From Gemmatimonadota bacterium (GTDB lineage Bacteria; Gemmatimonadota; Gemmatimonadetes; Gemmatimonadales; GWC2-71-9), in assembly GCA_003221005.1 (NCBI GenBank), contig QHTZ01000057.1, positions 1-45,526 on the forward strand: a stretch of DNA of 45,526 nt. Reading direction: 5' to 3'. A program made the position numbers and the translations under genes. The notes under the pieces were generated by a model that ran no database searches, was not told the DNA's origin, and saw only the letters and a program-made list of their open reading frames with translations. This document shows, piece after piece, positions 28,365-38,564 of the stretch (positions are counted from its first letter, which is position 1; each line of letters opens with the position of its first letter).

Positions 28365-29470
28365 ACCGGCCTGTCCGCATTTACGTCTCGGCGGGCGAGC
28401 CGTCGGGCGACGCGCACGCCGCGGCTGTCGTATCCGCGCTGCGGGGGCGCCTCGACGCCCAGGTCGAGGCGTTCGGCGGCCCCTGCCTCGAGGCGGCGGG
28501 CGCGACGGTGCTCGATCGCATGGAGCACTACTCGGTGATGGGCTTCGTCGAGGCGCTGTGGAAGTTCCCGGCGCACTTCCGCCTGCTCCGGCGCGTGCGT
28601 GCGGCGTTCGAGGCCGGGCGCTACGACCTCGCCATCCTCGTGGACTACCCCGGCTATCACCTACGCGCCGCCGCGGCGGCCGCGGCGGTAGGCGTGCCAG
28701 TGCTGTACTATGTCGCGCCCCAGATGTGGGCGTGGGCTCCGGGGCGTGTGCGCTGGCTCGCGTCCGTGCGCCGGCTGGCGGTAATCCTTCCCTTCGAGGA
28801 ACGGTTCTTCCGGGAGCACGGGGTGGCCGCGACCTTCGTCGGCCATCCGCTGCGCGATCGGCCGCTCCCGCCGGAGCGGACGGAGGCCCGGCGTATGCTG
28901 GGCCTCGATCCGGCGCGTCCCGTGCTCGGCCTGTTCCCGGGGAGCCGGGCGCAAGAGGTCAGCCGCCTGTGGCCCGCGTTCCGCGACGCGGCGCGCGCCA
29001 TTGTCGCGCGGCGCGGCGACGTTCAGGTCGTGGTTGCCGGCACGCCGGTGGGACGGTACCCCGCGCCAGGCGCCATCCGCGTCCATACCGGCGATCCCTT
29101 GGCCGTCTTCGGCGCCTCCGATGCCGCGCTCTGTAAGGCGGGGACGACGACCCTCGAGGCGGCGCTCGCCGACGTGCCGATGGTGATCGCCTACAGCTTG
29201 CATCCCCTCTCGTTCGCGATCGCGATTCGCTTGCTGCGGGTACCGCACGTCGGCCTCGTGAACCTGATCGCCGGACGCGAGGTCGCCCCGGAGCTGCTGC
29301 AAGGCGCAGTCACGCCGGCCGCGCTCGCGGAGAGGGTACTGCCCCTCCTCGAGCGGGACAGCGCCGCGGCGCGGCGCCAGCTGGAGGGGCTGGCCCTGGT
29401 GCGTGAGCGACTCGGGCCGCCCGGCGCCGCGCAGCGCGTAGCAGATCTCGCCGCGGAACTCGTGGGGTGA
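28361..29470 (+). CDS. lpxB: Lipid-A-disaccharide synthase
   Basis: SAGEPSGD, VDYPG, YYVAPQMWAW, ILPFE, FVGHPL, PGSR.QE, GTTTLE. Confidence 0.96.
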   Translation: MNRPVRIYVSAGEPSGDAHAAAVVSALRGRLDAQVEAFGGPCLEAAGATVLDRMEHYSVMGFVEALWKFPAHFRLLRRVRAAFEAGRYDLAILVDYPGYHLRAAAAAAAVGVPVLYYVAPQMWAWAPGRVRWLASVRRLAVILPFEERFFREHGVAATFVGHPLRDRPLPPERTEARRMLGLDPARPVLGLFPGSRAQEVSRLWPAFRDAARAIVARRGDVQVVVAGTPVGRYPAPGAIRVHTGDPLAVFGASDAALCKAGTTTLEAALADVPMVIAYSLHPLSFAIAIRLLRVPHVGLVNLIAGREVAPELLQGAVTPAALAERVLPLLERDSAAARRQLEGLALVRERLGPPGAAQRVADLAAELVG

Positions 29471-30120
29471 AGCTCCAGTGGGCTGAGCCGTTGGTCGCGC
29501 GAGTGACCGCGGGTCTGGTGCGTCTGCTGGCGAGCACCTGGCGGTACCGCGTGGCGGGCTGGGAGCACGTCCGGGCGGCGCGCGCCGCCGGGCGGCCGAT
29601 TGTCTATCTCCTGTGGCACAGCCGCCTGCTGCCGCTCATCCACAGCCGGCGCGGCGAGGGGGTTGCGCTGCTCATCAGCCGGCACCGGGACGGCGGCTAC
29701 CTCGCCGAGCTGTGCGAGCGCTGGGGCTACCAGGTGGTACGGGGCTCGAGCCGGCGGGGCGGGGCGGTGGGGCTGCGCGGCCTGATCCGCTACCTGCAGG
29801 AGGGCACTGAGGTTGGAACCACGCCGGACGGGCCCCAGGGACCGGCAGAGCGCGTGAAGCCCGGCGCGCTGGTTGCGGCGCAGCACGCCCGCGCCTTCGT
29901 CATCGCGATGGGGGCGCGCGCGTCGTCCGCGTGGTGGATTCAGTCGTGGGACCGGCTCTGCATCCCGAGACCGTTCGCCACCGTCGACGTGGTGTACAGT
30001 CCGCCACTCGAGATCGCTGATGGCAAGGACGGATTGCGGCGGGGAATCGCGGAGGTCGAGCGGGCGCTGCACGACGTGACTTACGGTGGCGAAGAGGGAA
30101 GGGGGACGGGGGACGGGTGA
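29467..30120 (+). CDS. DUF374 lysophospholipid acyltransferase family protein
   Basis: LWHSR, LISRHRDG, VRGSS.RGG, TPDGPQGP, SWDR..IP.PF. Confidence 0.88.
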   Translation: MKLQWAEPLVARVTAGLVRLLASTWRYRVAGWEHVRAARAAGRPIVYLLWHSRLLPLIHSRRGEGVALLISRHRDGGYLAELCERWGYQVVRGSSRRGGAVGLRGLIRYLQEGTEVGTTPDGPQGPAERVKPGALVAAQHARAFVIAMGARASSAWWIQSWDRLCIPRPFATVDVVYSPPLEIADGKDGLRRGIAEVERALHDVTYGGEEGRGTGDG

Positions 30121-31151
30121 ATGCTGCTCGCGTCGCGCGCTGGGTGTGGGGGGACGGTGCCGCGGCGAAGATCGCGCGGGTGCCGCTGATCCCGCTGGCG
30201 CTCGCGTACGGCGCAACGATGCGGCTGCGCGCGGCGGCGTACGAGCGCGGTCTGCTTCCCACCGAGCGCTTGCCCCTGCCCGCGGTGGCGATCGGCAACC
30301 TCTCGGTCGGCGGGACGGGGAAGACGCCCCTCGCAGCGTGGATCGCGCGTTTTTACGCGACGCGGGGATGCCGGCCCGCCGTCTTGCTGCGCGGCTACGG
30401 CGGCGATGAGCCGCTGGTGCACCGGCGGCTGGTGCCGGAAGCCGTGGTCGTCGCCGATCCGGACCGTGGCGCCGGGGCACGGCGGGCTGTCACGGAGGGC
30501 GCCCGGGTACTATTGCTCGATGACGCCTTCCAGCTGCTGCGGGTGGCGCGAGATCTGAACATCCTCGTGGTCAGCGCTGAGAGCGCCGAAGTGGCGCCGT
30601 GGGCATTGCCCGCGGGGCCGTGGCGGGAGGGGTGGGGCGCGCTGCGCCGCGCCGACTGCGTCGTCGTGACGCGCAAGCGCGCGGCGAGCGACGCAGCCGG
30701 GGCGCTCGCGGCTCGCTTGTCAGCTCGGCGGCCCGGGCTGACGGTGAGCGTGGCCCAGCTGGCCTGCGAGCGGCTCGAGGGGTTGCAGTCGGGAACCAGC
30801 CAGCCAGCCACCGTTCTGCGGGGCAGGCGCGTCCTGGCTGCCGCGGGGATCGCCGATCCCGCGAGCTTTGCGGCGCAGCTCGGTGCCCTCGGTGCCGACG
30901 TGCAACTTGTGGCGTACCAAGATCATCACCCCTATCGGCTGGGCGATATCGACCGGCTGGTGCAGGCCGCGCAGCGCGCGGGGGCGGATTATGTTGTAGT
31001 CACCGAAAAGGACGCCGTTAAGCTCCGGGGCCGCTGGCCGCAGCGGGCGCCCGAGCCCCTGGTCGCCGCCTTGGATGTGCGCTGGGAGTGGGGCGGCCGG
31101 CTGTTGGAGGAGGCCCTCGAGGCGGTACTGGCGAGGCAACCACGGTCATGA
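30117..31151 (+). CDS. lpxK: Tetraacyldisaccharide 4'-kinase
   Basis: [40 protein letters not shown]. Confidence 0.95.
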   Translation: MNAARVARWVWGDGAAAKIARVPLIPLALAYGATMRLRAAAYERGLLPTERLPLPAVAIGNLSVGGTGKTPLAAWIARFYATRGCRPAVLLRGYGGDEPLVHRRLVPEAVVVADPDRGAGARRAVTEGARVLLLDDAFQLLRVARDLNILVVSAESAEVAPWALPAGPWREGWGALRRADCVVVTRKRAASDAAGALAARLSARRPGLTVSVAQLACERLEGLQSGTSQPATVLRGRRVLAAAGIADPASFAAQLGALGADVQLVAYQDHHPYRLGDIDRLVQAAQRAGADYVVVTEKDAVKLRGRWPQRAPEPLVAALDVRWEWGGRLLEEALEAVLARQPRS

Positions 31152-32461
31152 GTGAACCTGCCATCAAGTCGGACGCGCAACCCGCCGTCATCCGGCCGGA
31201 CAAGGAAACCTTCCTGGCTGAGGAGAACCCGTTCGAAGCGATGATGGAGCGCTTCGACCATGCCGCGCAGCTCCTCTCGCTAGATCCCGGCCTCTACAAA
31301 GTCCTCCGCCATCCCGAAAAGCAGATCATCGTCTCCGTCCCGATCATCCGCGACAGCGGGGAGCTCGAGGTGTTCACCGGGTACCGGGTGCTCTACAACA
31401 CGTCGCGGGGCCCGGCGAAGGGTGGCATTCGGTTCGACCTGAACGTGACGCTGGAAGAGGTAAAGGCGCTGGCGGCCTGGATGACCTGGAAGTGCGCGCT
31501 CGTGAACATCCCGTTCGGGGGCTCCAAGGGCGGGGTGGTGTGCGATCCCGCGTCGATGTCGCTCGGCGAGCTGGAGCGGGTCACGCGGCGCTACACGGCC
31601 AGCATCATCGAGACGCTGGGGCCCGACTCCGACGTGCCCGCTCCGGACGTGAACACGAACGAGCGCGTGATGGCCTGGATCATGGACACGTATTCCATGC
31701 ACACTCGTCACACAGTGACGGCGGTCGTCACGGGAAAGCCCGTCGAGATGGGGGGCTCGCTCGGGCGGCGTGAGGCGACGGGGCGGGGCTGTATGTTCGT
31801 GACTCGGGAGGCGCTCGCGCGGGTCGGCCAGTCGCTCAAGGGAGCGCGCATCGTGGTGCAGGGCTTCGGGAATGTCGGCTCGGTGTCGGCGGACCTGATG
31901 GCGAAGGAGGGAGCCTCGATCGTCGCGGTGTCGGACAAGTCGGGAGGTCTGCACAACCCGAAGGGGCTCGACGTGCCCGACCTCATCAAGTGGGTGAAAG
32001 AGCATCGTCAGCTGGCGGGCTATCTCCGAGCCGAGGCGGTCGCCAACGACGCGTTGCTCACGCTCGACTGCGACGTGCTCGTGCCCGCGGCGACCGAGAA
32101 CGTGATCACGCGCAAGAACGCCGGGCAGATCAAGGCCAAGGTCATCTGCGAGGGCGCCAACGGCCCCACCACGGCGGCAGCGGACGAGATCCTCGAGAAG
32201 AAGGGGGTGTTCGTGATCCCCGACATCCTGGCCAACGCGGGCGGCGTGACGGTGAGCTACTTCGAGTGGGTCCAGGACCGCGGCGGCTACTTCTGGGACG
32301 AGGAGACCGTGAACCGCCGGCTCGAGAGCATCATGACGCGGTCGTTCGCCGAAACCATGGCGATGGCCGACAAGCACACGGTGAGCAACCGGATCGCGTG
32401 CTATATGCTCGCCGTAGACCGAGTGGCGGCCATGCACCGGCTGCGCGGCATGTATGCCTGA
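31148..32461 (+). CDS. gdhA: Glu/Leu/Phe/Val dehydrogenase, most likely glutamate dehydrogenase
   Basis: [52 protein letters not shown]; ATGA overlap with lpxK. Confidence 0.9.
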   Translation: MSEPAIKSDAQPAVIRPDKETFLAEENPFEAMMERFDHAAQLLSLDPGLYKVLRHPEKQIIVSVPIIRDSGELEVFTGYRVLYNTSRGPAKGGIRFDLNVTLEEVKALAAWMTWKCALVNIPFGGSKGGVVCDPASMSLGELERVTRRYTASIIETLGPDSDVPAPDVNTNERVMAWIMDTYSMHTRHTVTAVVTGKPVEMGGSLGRREATGRGCMFVTREALARVGQSLKGARIVVQGFGNVGSVSADLMAKEGASIVAVSDKSGGLHNPKGLDVPDLIKWVKEHRQLAGYLRAEAVANDALLTLDCDVLVPAATENVITRKNAGQIKAKVICEGANGPTTAAADEILEKKGVFVIPDILANAGGVTVSYFEWVQDRGGYFWDEETVNRRLESIMTRSFAETMAMADKHTVSNRIACYMLAVDRVAAMHRLRGMYA

Positions 32462-32886
32462 TGCGCTACCGCGTGGTCGCGGTGGGGCGCATGAAGGACG
32501 CGGCGCTCCGGGCGGCGCGTGACGGCTACCTGAAGCGGTTGCGGCGCTACGCGCGGGTGGAGGAGCTGGAAGTGAAGGACGAGGCGCGGATCCTCGGGGC
32601 GATTCCCGACGGCTCGCGCCTCGTAGCGCTTTCGCGCTCGGGCGAGGCATGGACGTCGCGCGGCCTCGCCGACCGCACGTCGCGGTGGGAGGCGGACGGC
32701 CGCGACGTGACGTTCGCGATCGGCGGTGCCGATGCGCTGCCCCCCGAAGTGCTCCACCGAGCCGAAGTTGTGTGGAGCTTATCCGCTATGACCCTGCCCC
32801 ACGAGCTGGCCCGCGTGGTGGTGCTCGAACAGCTGTACCGGGCGTATACGATCCGCCGCGGAGAGCCCTACCATCGCGGTGCTTGA
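32461..32886 (+). CDS. rlmH: 23S rRNA (pseudouridine1915-N3)-methyltransferase
   Basis: VAVGR, FAIGGAD, SLSAMTLPH, EQLYRA..I..GEPYHR. Confidence 0.93.
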   Translation: MRYRVVAVGRMKDAALRAARDGYLKRLRRYARVEELEVKDEARILGAIPDGSRLVALSRSGEAWTSRGLADRTSRWEADGRDVTFAIGGADALPPEVLHRAEVVWSLSAMTLPHELARVVVLEQLYRAYTIRRGEPYHRGA

Positions 32887-33439
32887 CCTGACGGCGGCCG
32901 ACCGGACCGCACTGCTCCGGCTGGCGCGCGGCGCGCTCGCGGCGTCCCTCGCCGGGACCGAGCCGCCGGCGCTGCCCGAAGGTGACGCCGTCCGGCAGCT
33001 GTGCGGCGCGTTCGTGACGCTGGCGGCCGACGGAGCGCTGCGCGGCTGCGTGGGGCACATGCGGGCGGATCGGCCCCTCGCGCACGTGGTGCGCGAGATG
33101 GCGGTGGCGGCCGGGCGCGACGACGCGCGGTTTCCGCCGGTGGCACCGTCGGAGCTGGGGGCGCTCCGGATCGAGATCTCGGTGCTGAGCGAGCCCACGG
33201 TGCTGGCGCCGGCGGTGCCGGAGCGGATCGTCATCGGCCGCGACGGTCTGCTGGTGCGTCGCGGCGGCGCGTCGGGGCTGCTGCTTCCTCAGGTGGCTCG
33301 CGAGCACCACTGGGGACCAGACGCGTTTCTTGCCGCGGTCTGCCGCAAGGCGGGGCTCGCGAGGGACGCCTGGCGGGAACCGGAAACACAGGTTCTCACG
33401 TTCCAAGCGCACGTGTTCGGAGAGACAGGGGAAGCGTGA
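32879..33439 (+). CDS. amrA: AMMECR1-domain protein (AmmeMemoRadiSam protein A)
   Basis: GAFVTL, LRGCVG, DARFPPV, IEISVLS, GLLLPQVA, CRKAG. Confidence 0.9.
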   Translation: MLDLTAADRTALLRLARGALAASLAGTEPPALPEGDAVRQLCGAFVTLAADGALRGCVGHMRADRPLAHVVREMAVAAGRDDARFPPVAPSELGALRIEISVLSEPTVLAPAVPERIVIGRDGLLVRRGGASGLLLPQVAREHHWGPDAFLAAVCRKAGLARDAWREPETQVLTFQAHVFGETGEA

Positions 33440-34890
33440 TACCTCGGATCGTCCCGACGCTGCTCGCGCCGCTCGTGGTGCCGGAGCGGCGGGTTGCGCC
33501 GCGCCGGGTCGCGCCCGCGGTGGTCGCGGCGGCGCTGCCGGGACCGGGCCGCGAGCGTCTCGCCCAGGGAGACATCCTCGCCGTCACCACCGGCCAGCAA
33601 CCGGGGTTGTTCGCGGGTCCCCTGTACACGATCTACAAGGCGCTTTCGGCGATCGCGCTCGCCCGCCGGCTCGAGCGTGAGGGTGGTGTGGCCGTCGTTC
33701 CGGTCTTCTGGGTCGCGGGCGACGATCACGACTTCGCCGAGGCGAACCACACGTGGATCGTGGACAGTCAGGGGGACCTGGCGGAGCTGCGGCTGCGCGA
33801 GCGCCCCCCGGAAGCGCCGCTCCTGCCCCTGGCGCGCGAGCGTTGCGGCGTGGAGATCGAGGCGACCCTTGAGCGGTTGCGCGCGGCGACGCCGGAGACG
33901 GAGTTCAAGGCCCACGTGCTCGGCTGGCTTGGGTCGGCCTACCGGCCCGATGCAACGCTCGCCGACGCCTTCGCGGAGGCCTTGCACGCGCTGCTCGGAC
34001 CACACGGCCTGGTGGTGCTGCGGGCTCACGACCATGGTGCCAAGCAGACCGCCGCGCCCGCGGTCCTCGCGGCACTTTCCGTCACGCTCCCGGACGGTCA
34101 CACGCCCGTCCTCGTGGAGGCGCGGCTGGGCCGCGACCGGTTGCGCGCCGAGGGGGACGGTTGGGTCACGCGGCGCAGCGGCGAGCGCTTCACCCGGGCC
34201 GAGCTCGAGCGGATCGCGCGCGACACCCCCGACCGGCTCTCCCCCAACGTCCTGTTGCGTCCCGTCGTCGAGGCGGTGCTGCTCCCGACGGTCGCCTACG
34301 TCGCTGGCCCCGCCGAGCTGGAGTACCTCCCCGACGCCGCGCCGCTGTACGACGTCGTGGGTGGCGGGGCGGGCGGGGGGGGCGGGGGGGGCATCGCGCG
34401 ACAGGTGCCCGTGCCGCGCTGGTCCGGGGTGCTCGTGGAGGCACGGGTGGACAAGTTCATCGCGCGCCACGGACTGCGGCTCGAAGACTTCAACGGGAGG
34501 CCAGGTGAGCTTGAGACGCGCCTCGTGCGCGAGACCCTGCCACCCGACACCGAGGCCCGGTTCGCCGAGCTGCGCCGCAGCATCGCGGAGCAGTACGCGC
34601 GGCTGGTCCCGGTTGTGGAGCGTGTCGACCCCACGCTTGTCCGACCGGTGGAGTCGGCGCGCAATGGCGCGCTCGCCGCCACCCAGGAGATCGAGAAGAA
34701 GCTGCTCGCGAGCCTCAAGCGGGAGAACGAGACGCTCCTGCGCCAGCTCGCCCGCGCGCAAGCGACGCTCGCGCCGCGCGGCGAGCCGCAGGAACGCGTG
34801 CTCACGCTGGCGTCGTTCCTGATCCGCTATGGTCCCGGGCTGCTTGAAGCGCTGCAGCAAGAGGTGGCGCGGTGGGCGGACGCCTCATAG
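33436..34890 (+). CDS. bshC: Bacillithiol biosynthesis cysteine-adding enzyme
   Basis: VTTGQQPGLFAGPLYTIYKA, PVFWVAGDDHDFAE, SPNVLLRP, YVAGPAEL.Y, PQERV; GTGA overlap. Confidence 0.9.
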   Translation: MIPRIVPTLLAPLVVPERRVAPRRVAPAVVAAALPGPGRERLAQGDILAVTTGQQPGLFAGPLYTIYKALSAIALARRLEREGGVAVVPVFWVAGDDHDFAEANHTWIVDSQGDLAELRLRERPPEAPLLPLARERCGVEIEATLERLRAATPETEFKAHVLGWLGSAYRPDATLADAFAEALHALLGPHGLVVLRAHDHGAKQTAAPAVLAALSVTLPDGHTPVLVEARLGRDRLRAEGDGWVTRRSGERFTRAELERIARDTPDRLSPNVLLRPVVEAVLLPTVAYVAGPAELEYLPDAAPLYDVVGGGAGGGGGGGIARQVPVPRWSGVLVEARVDKFIARHGLRLEDFNGRPGELETRLVRETLPPDTEARFAELRRSIAEQYARLVPVVERVDPTLVRPVESARNGALAATQEIEKKLLASLKRENETLLRQLARAQATLAPRGEPQERVLTLASFLIRYGPGLLEALQQEVARWADAS

Positions 34891-34900
34891 AATCCCTGCC

Positions 34901-35176
34901 ATGTGGGTCCTAGCGGTCATCTTGCTCGTGGCCCTGATGATTCCGATCGCGGCCATCCTCGTCGATTCGCCGCTCGGGCGCTCGATCGCCCGGCGCCTCG
35001 AGGGAGGGGGGCGCGAGGGGGGCGGGGCGGGTGGCGGCGACGTCAAAGCGCTGGAGCGGCGGATCGACCTGCTCGAGAGCGAGCTCGCGGACCTGACGCG
35101 CTCGCTCGCCGGGATGCATGACGAGCTGCAGTTCGTGCAGCGCTTGCTGGAAGATCCCAAGAAGAAACGCTCCTGA
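34901..35176 (+). CDS. Small membrane-anchored coiled-coil protein
   Basis: N-terminal hydrophobic helix, SPLGRSIARRLE, heptad-rich C-terminus. Confidence 0.75.
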   Translation: MWVLAVILLVALMIPIAAILVDSPLGRSIARRLEGGGREGGGAGGGDVKALERRIDLLESELADLTRSLAGMHDELQFVQRLLEDPKKKRS

Positions 35177-35178
35177 AG

Positions 35179-36771
35179 GTGCCGGACGCCGGGCGGGGCG
35201 TGCGGGGGGGCGGGGGCGGCGGGGGGGGCCGCCACGCCGCGCAGGTCGCCGCCGGCATCCTCGTGACCCGCGTGCTCGGCTACGTGCGCGAGCGCATCTT
35301 CGCGTACTACTTCGGTAATGCGAGTGTCGCGGCCGATGCCATGCGCGCCGCGCTCCGCATCCCGAACGCGATCCGCAATCTCCTCGGGGAAGCCACACTC
35401 TCCGCGTCATTCATTCCCGTGTACGCGACCCTCGCTCAGCGCAAGGACCAGGGGGCCGCCCGCGCCCTCGCCGGTGCGGTGCTGGGGCTGCTGGTGCTGG
35501 CCACCGGGGTGCTGACCGTGCTGGGCATCGGCTTCGCTCCGGCGATCACGACGCTGATCGCCAAGGGATTCGACGCTCCGCGCCGCGACCTCACGATCAC
35601 GTTGGTCCGGATCCTTTTCCCCATGACCGGGCTGATGGTCGTCTCGGCGTGGTGCCTCGGGATCCTCAACACGCATCGCCGCTTCTTCCTGCCGTACGCC
35701 GCGCCCGCGTTGTGGAACATCGCGGGGATCGCGGCGATGGTCGCGGCCGGAACGTGGCTCGCGAACCGGGCTCTGTCGCTCGAGTTGCAGCTGCACCGGC
35801 TGGCGCTGGCGCTCGCCTGGGGTACGGTGGCGGGCTCCCTGCTGCAGATCGGCGTGCAGCTCCCCGCCTGCTGGCGGCTGCTCGGCGGGATCGCGCTCCG
35901 GTTCACGACGCGGCCGGAAGGCGTGCGCGACGTGGTCACCGCGTGGCTGCCGCTGCTGCTCGGGGCCGGGGTGGCGCAGCTCTCGGGGTTCGTGGACACG
36001 GTGCTAGGCTCGTTCACCGGCCCGGGGGGCGTCTCGGCGCTGGGCTACGCGCAGCTTGTGCAGCTGCTCCCGGTCAGCGTGTTCGGCGCGTCCGTCGCCG
36101 CGGCGTCGCTGCCGGAGCTGTCGCGCGACGCCGCGGCCGCGACCCCGAACGAGCAGCTGCGGGTCCGCATCGCGACCGCGTTCCGGAGGGTCACCTTCTT
36201 CGTGCTGCCGTCGTCGTTCGCCTTCGCGGCTCTGGGGCCCGTGCTCGTGGCCGCGCTGTTCCAGACCGGGCGCTTCGACGCGGACGACAGCGCGCTGGTG
36301 GGAGGGGTGCTCGCGGCCTACGGCGTCGGCCTGCTGGGACAGGCTACGGTGAAGCTGTTCGCGTCCGGGTTCTACGCACTGCGGGACACCCGGACGCCGG
36401 TCAAGATCGCCACGCTCTCGTTGGCGCTCTCCACGGGACTGGCCGTCGTGCTGATGCGCCGGTATGGGCCGGCGGGGATCGCCTTCGGGTCGTCGTTGGG
36501 CTCTACGGTGAACGTGATCCTCCACTTGCGGGACCTCGACCGGCGGATCGGAGCGATCATGGGCGCTGTCGAGTGGCGAGCGGTGGGTGCGAGCGTGGTG
36601 GCCGCAGGCGCGGCGACGGCCGGGGCAGCGGCGGCAGTGCGCTTCGCCGCGGGGACCGGGCCGATTCCCGTGGCCCTTCTCGGGGTGACTATTTTTGGGG
36701 TGATGTACGCCGCTCTCGCTCTGGCCCTGAAGCACCCCGATGCCGCGCGCCTGTGGAAGCTCGTGACCTGA
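35179..36771 (+). CDS. murJ: Lipid II flippase (start uncertain)
   Basis: TRVLGYVRE, RIPNAIRNLLGEA.LSASFIP, F.PYAAP..WN, FYALRDTRTP; many TM helices. Confidence 0.93.
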   Translation: MPDAGRGVRGGGGGGGGRHAAQVAAGILVTRVLGYVRERIFAYYFGNASVAADAMRAALRIPNAIRNLLGEATLSASFIPVYATLAQRKDQGAARALAGAVLGLLVLATGVLTVLGIGFAPAITTLIAKGFDAPRRDLTITLVRILFPMTGLMVVSAWCLGILNTHRRFFLPYAAPALWNIAGIAAMVAAGTWLANRALSLELQLHRLALALAWGTVAGSLLQIGVQLPACWRLLGGIALRFTTRPEGVRDVVTAWLPLLLGAGVAQLSGFVDTVLGSFTGPGGVSALGYAQLVQLLPVSVFGASVAAASLPELSRDAAAATPNEQLRVRIATAFRRVTFFVLPSSFAFAALGPVLVAALFQTGRFDADDSALVGGVLAAYGVGLLGQATVKLFASGFYALRDTRTPVKIATLSLALSTGLAVVLMRRYGPAGIAFGSSLGSTVNVILHLRDLDRRIGAIMGAVEWRAVGASVVAAGAATAGAAAAVRFAAGTGPIPVALLGVTIFGVMYAALALALKHPDAARLWKLVT

Positions 36772-38564
36772 TCGACCGCAAGCTCGAAACCCTCCCCGAC
36801 AAGCCCGGCGTGTATCTCTGGAAGAGCGCCGCGGGGGAGATCCTCTACGTGGGCAAGGCGAAGAGCCTGCGGGCGCGCGTGCCGAGCTACCTCGGTCCCG
36901 ACGCGGATTCGAGCCCCGAGCACGCCGCACTGGTGCGCCAGATCGCCGACCTCGAAACGATCGTCGTCCCCAATGAAGCTCAGGCGCTGCTGCTCGAGAA
37001 CAACCTCATCAAGGAGCACAAGCCCCGTTTCAACATCCGCCTTACCGACGACAAGAGCTACCCGCGCATCGCGGTGACGCTGGGTGAGCCGTTCCCGCGG
37101 GTGCTCGTCGTGCGGCGGGTCACGATTCCTGGCGCGCGTTATTTCGGGCCGTATACCGACGTCGCGACGCTGCGCCGGACCCTCAACATTATCCGCCGCC
37201 TTTTCACGGTGCGGTCCTGCTCCTGGGATCTCCCGCGCGACGCCCCCGACCGCCCCTGCCTCGACTACCATATCGAACGCTGCCGAGCCCCCTGCGTTGG
37301 CTACCAGAGCCGGGACGACTATGCGCGGATGATCGAGGACGTGCTCCTCTTCCTCGACGGCAAGACGGTGGACGTGCGCGCTCGCATGCGGCAGCGCATG
37401 CTCGAAGCGAGCGGGACGCAGGATTTCGAGCGGGCGGCCCAGCTGCGGGACGCGCTCAAGTGGCTGGATCAGGTGGAGCAGCCGCAGACCGTCGAGCTGG
37501 TAGGCGGCGGCGACGCGGATGCCATCGGGTTCGCGCGGGACGGGGACGATGCCTGCGGCGTGATCCTGCGGATCCGCGGCGGGCGACTGATCGCCCGGGA
37601 GCATCGCTTCCTCGAGAACGTGGAGCACGAGCCCGACGGCGCCGTGCTCGCAGCCTTCCTCGTGCGCTTCTACCTCCCGCTCGACCAGCGAGCGGAGCGG
37701 GTGCTGCTTCCCTTCGCCCCGGACGACCTGGAAGCGCTCGGCACACTCGCGCCGGCCGTCGCCTGGCACGTGCCGCAGCGCAGCAGCGGTGCGAAGCTCG
37801 TCCAGCTGGCCGACCAGAACGCGCGCCATCTGCTCGAGAGCTTGTTGATCGAGACTTTCGACGTCGAGGAGCGCGCGGCCGATCCCGTGTACGCGCTGGG
37901 CCGCGATCTCGGCCTCACGGTGGTGCCGCGGTCGTTCGTGTGCATCGACATCTCGACCAACCAGGGGCGCGACACGGTCGGATCGCTCGTATGGTTCGAG
38001 GCCGGGCGCCCCAAGAAGGCCGAATACCGCCGGTTCAAGATCAAAGCGGCAGCCCCACAGGATGACTTCGCTGCGATTCACGAAGTCGTGACGCGCTACC
38101 TCACGCGGCGGCGGGATGAGGGGAAGCCGCTGCCGGACCTGATCGTCGTCGACGGCGGGAAAGGACAGCTCAGCGCCGCCCTGGACGCAGCGCGGGCGCT
38201 CGGTCTCGAAGCACTCCCGATTGTGAGCCTTGCGAAGCGAGAGGAGGAGATTTTCCTGCCTGGTCGTAGCGAGGGGCTCAAGCTGTCGCGCCGCAGCCCG
38301 TCCTTGAAGCTCGTGCAGCGCGCCCGCGACGAGGCGCACCGGTTCGCGGTGAGCTTCAGCCGCAAGCGTCGCGTACAGCGCACAATCACGTCCGAGCTGT
38401 TGGCGATTCCGGGAATCGGGCCCACCCGACGCCGGCTGCTGTTGGAGCGCTTCGGCTCGCTCGCGGGGGTGAAGACCGCGAGCGCCGCCGAGATCGCGGC
38501 GCTCCCCGGGTTCTCCGCGACGCTCGCCGAGCGGGTGCTTGACCGGCTGCAGGCCCGCGCGTGA
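36753..38564 (+). CDS. uvrC: Excinuclease ABC subunit C
   Basis: LPDKPGVY, YVGKAKSLR, ALLLENNLIK, YFGPY, DISTNQG, VDGGKGQ, RDEAHRFA, HhH IPGIG. Confidence 0.96.
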   Translation: MEARDLIDRKLETLPDKPGVYLWKSAAGEILYVGKAKSLRARVPSYLGPDADSSPEHAALVRQIADLETIVVPNEAQALLLENNLIKEHKPRFNIRLTDDKSYPRIAVTLGEPFPRVLVVRRVTIPGARYFGPYTDVATLRRTLNIIRRLFTVRSCSWDLPRDAPDRPCLDYHIERCRAPCVGYQSRDDYARMIEDVLLFLDGKTVDVRARMRQRMLEASGTQDFERAAQLRDALKWLDQVEQPQTVELVGGGDADAIGFARDGDDACGVILRIRGGRLIAREHRFLENVEHEPDGAVLAAFLVRFYLPLDQRAERVLLPFAPDDLEALGTLAPAVAWHVPQRSSGAKLVQLADQNARHLLESLLIETFDVEERAADPVYALGRDLGLTVVPRSFVCIDISTNQGRDTVGSLVWFEAGRPKKAEYRRFKIKAAAPQDDFAAIHEVVTRYLTRRRDEGKPLPDLIVVDGGKGQLSAALDAARALGLEALPIVSLAKREEEIFLPGRSEGLKLSRRSPSLKLVQRARDEAHRFAVSFSRKRRVQRTITSELLAIPGIGPTRRRLLLERFGSLAGVKTASAAEIAALPGFSATLAERVLDRLQARA

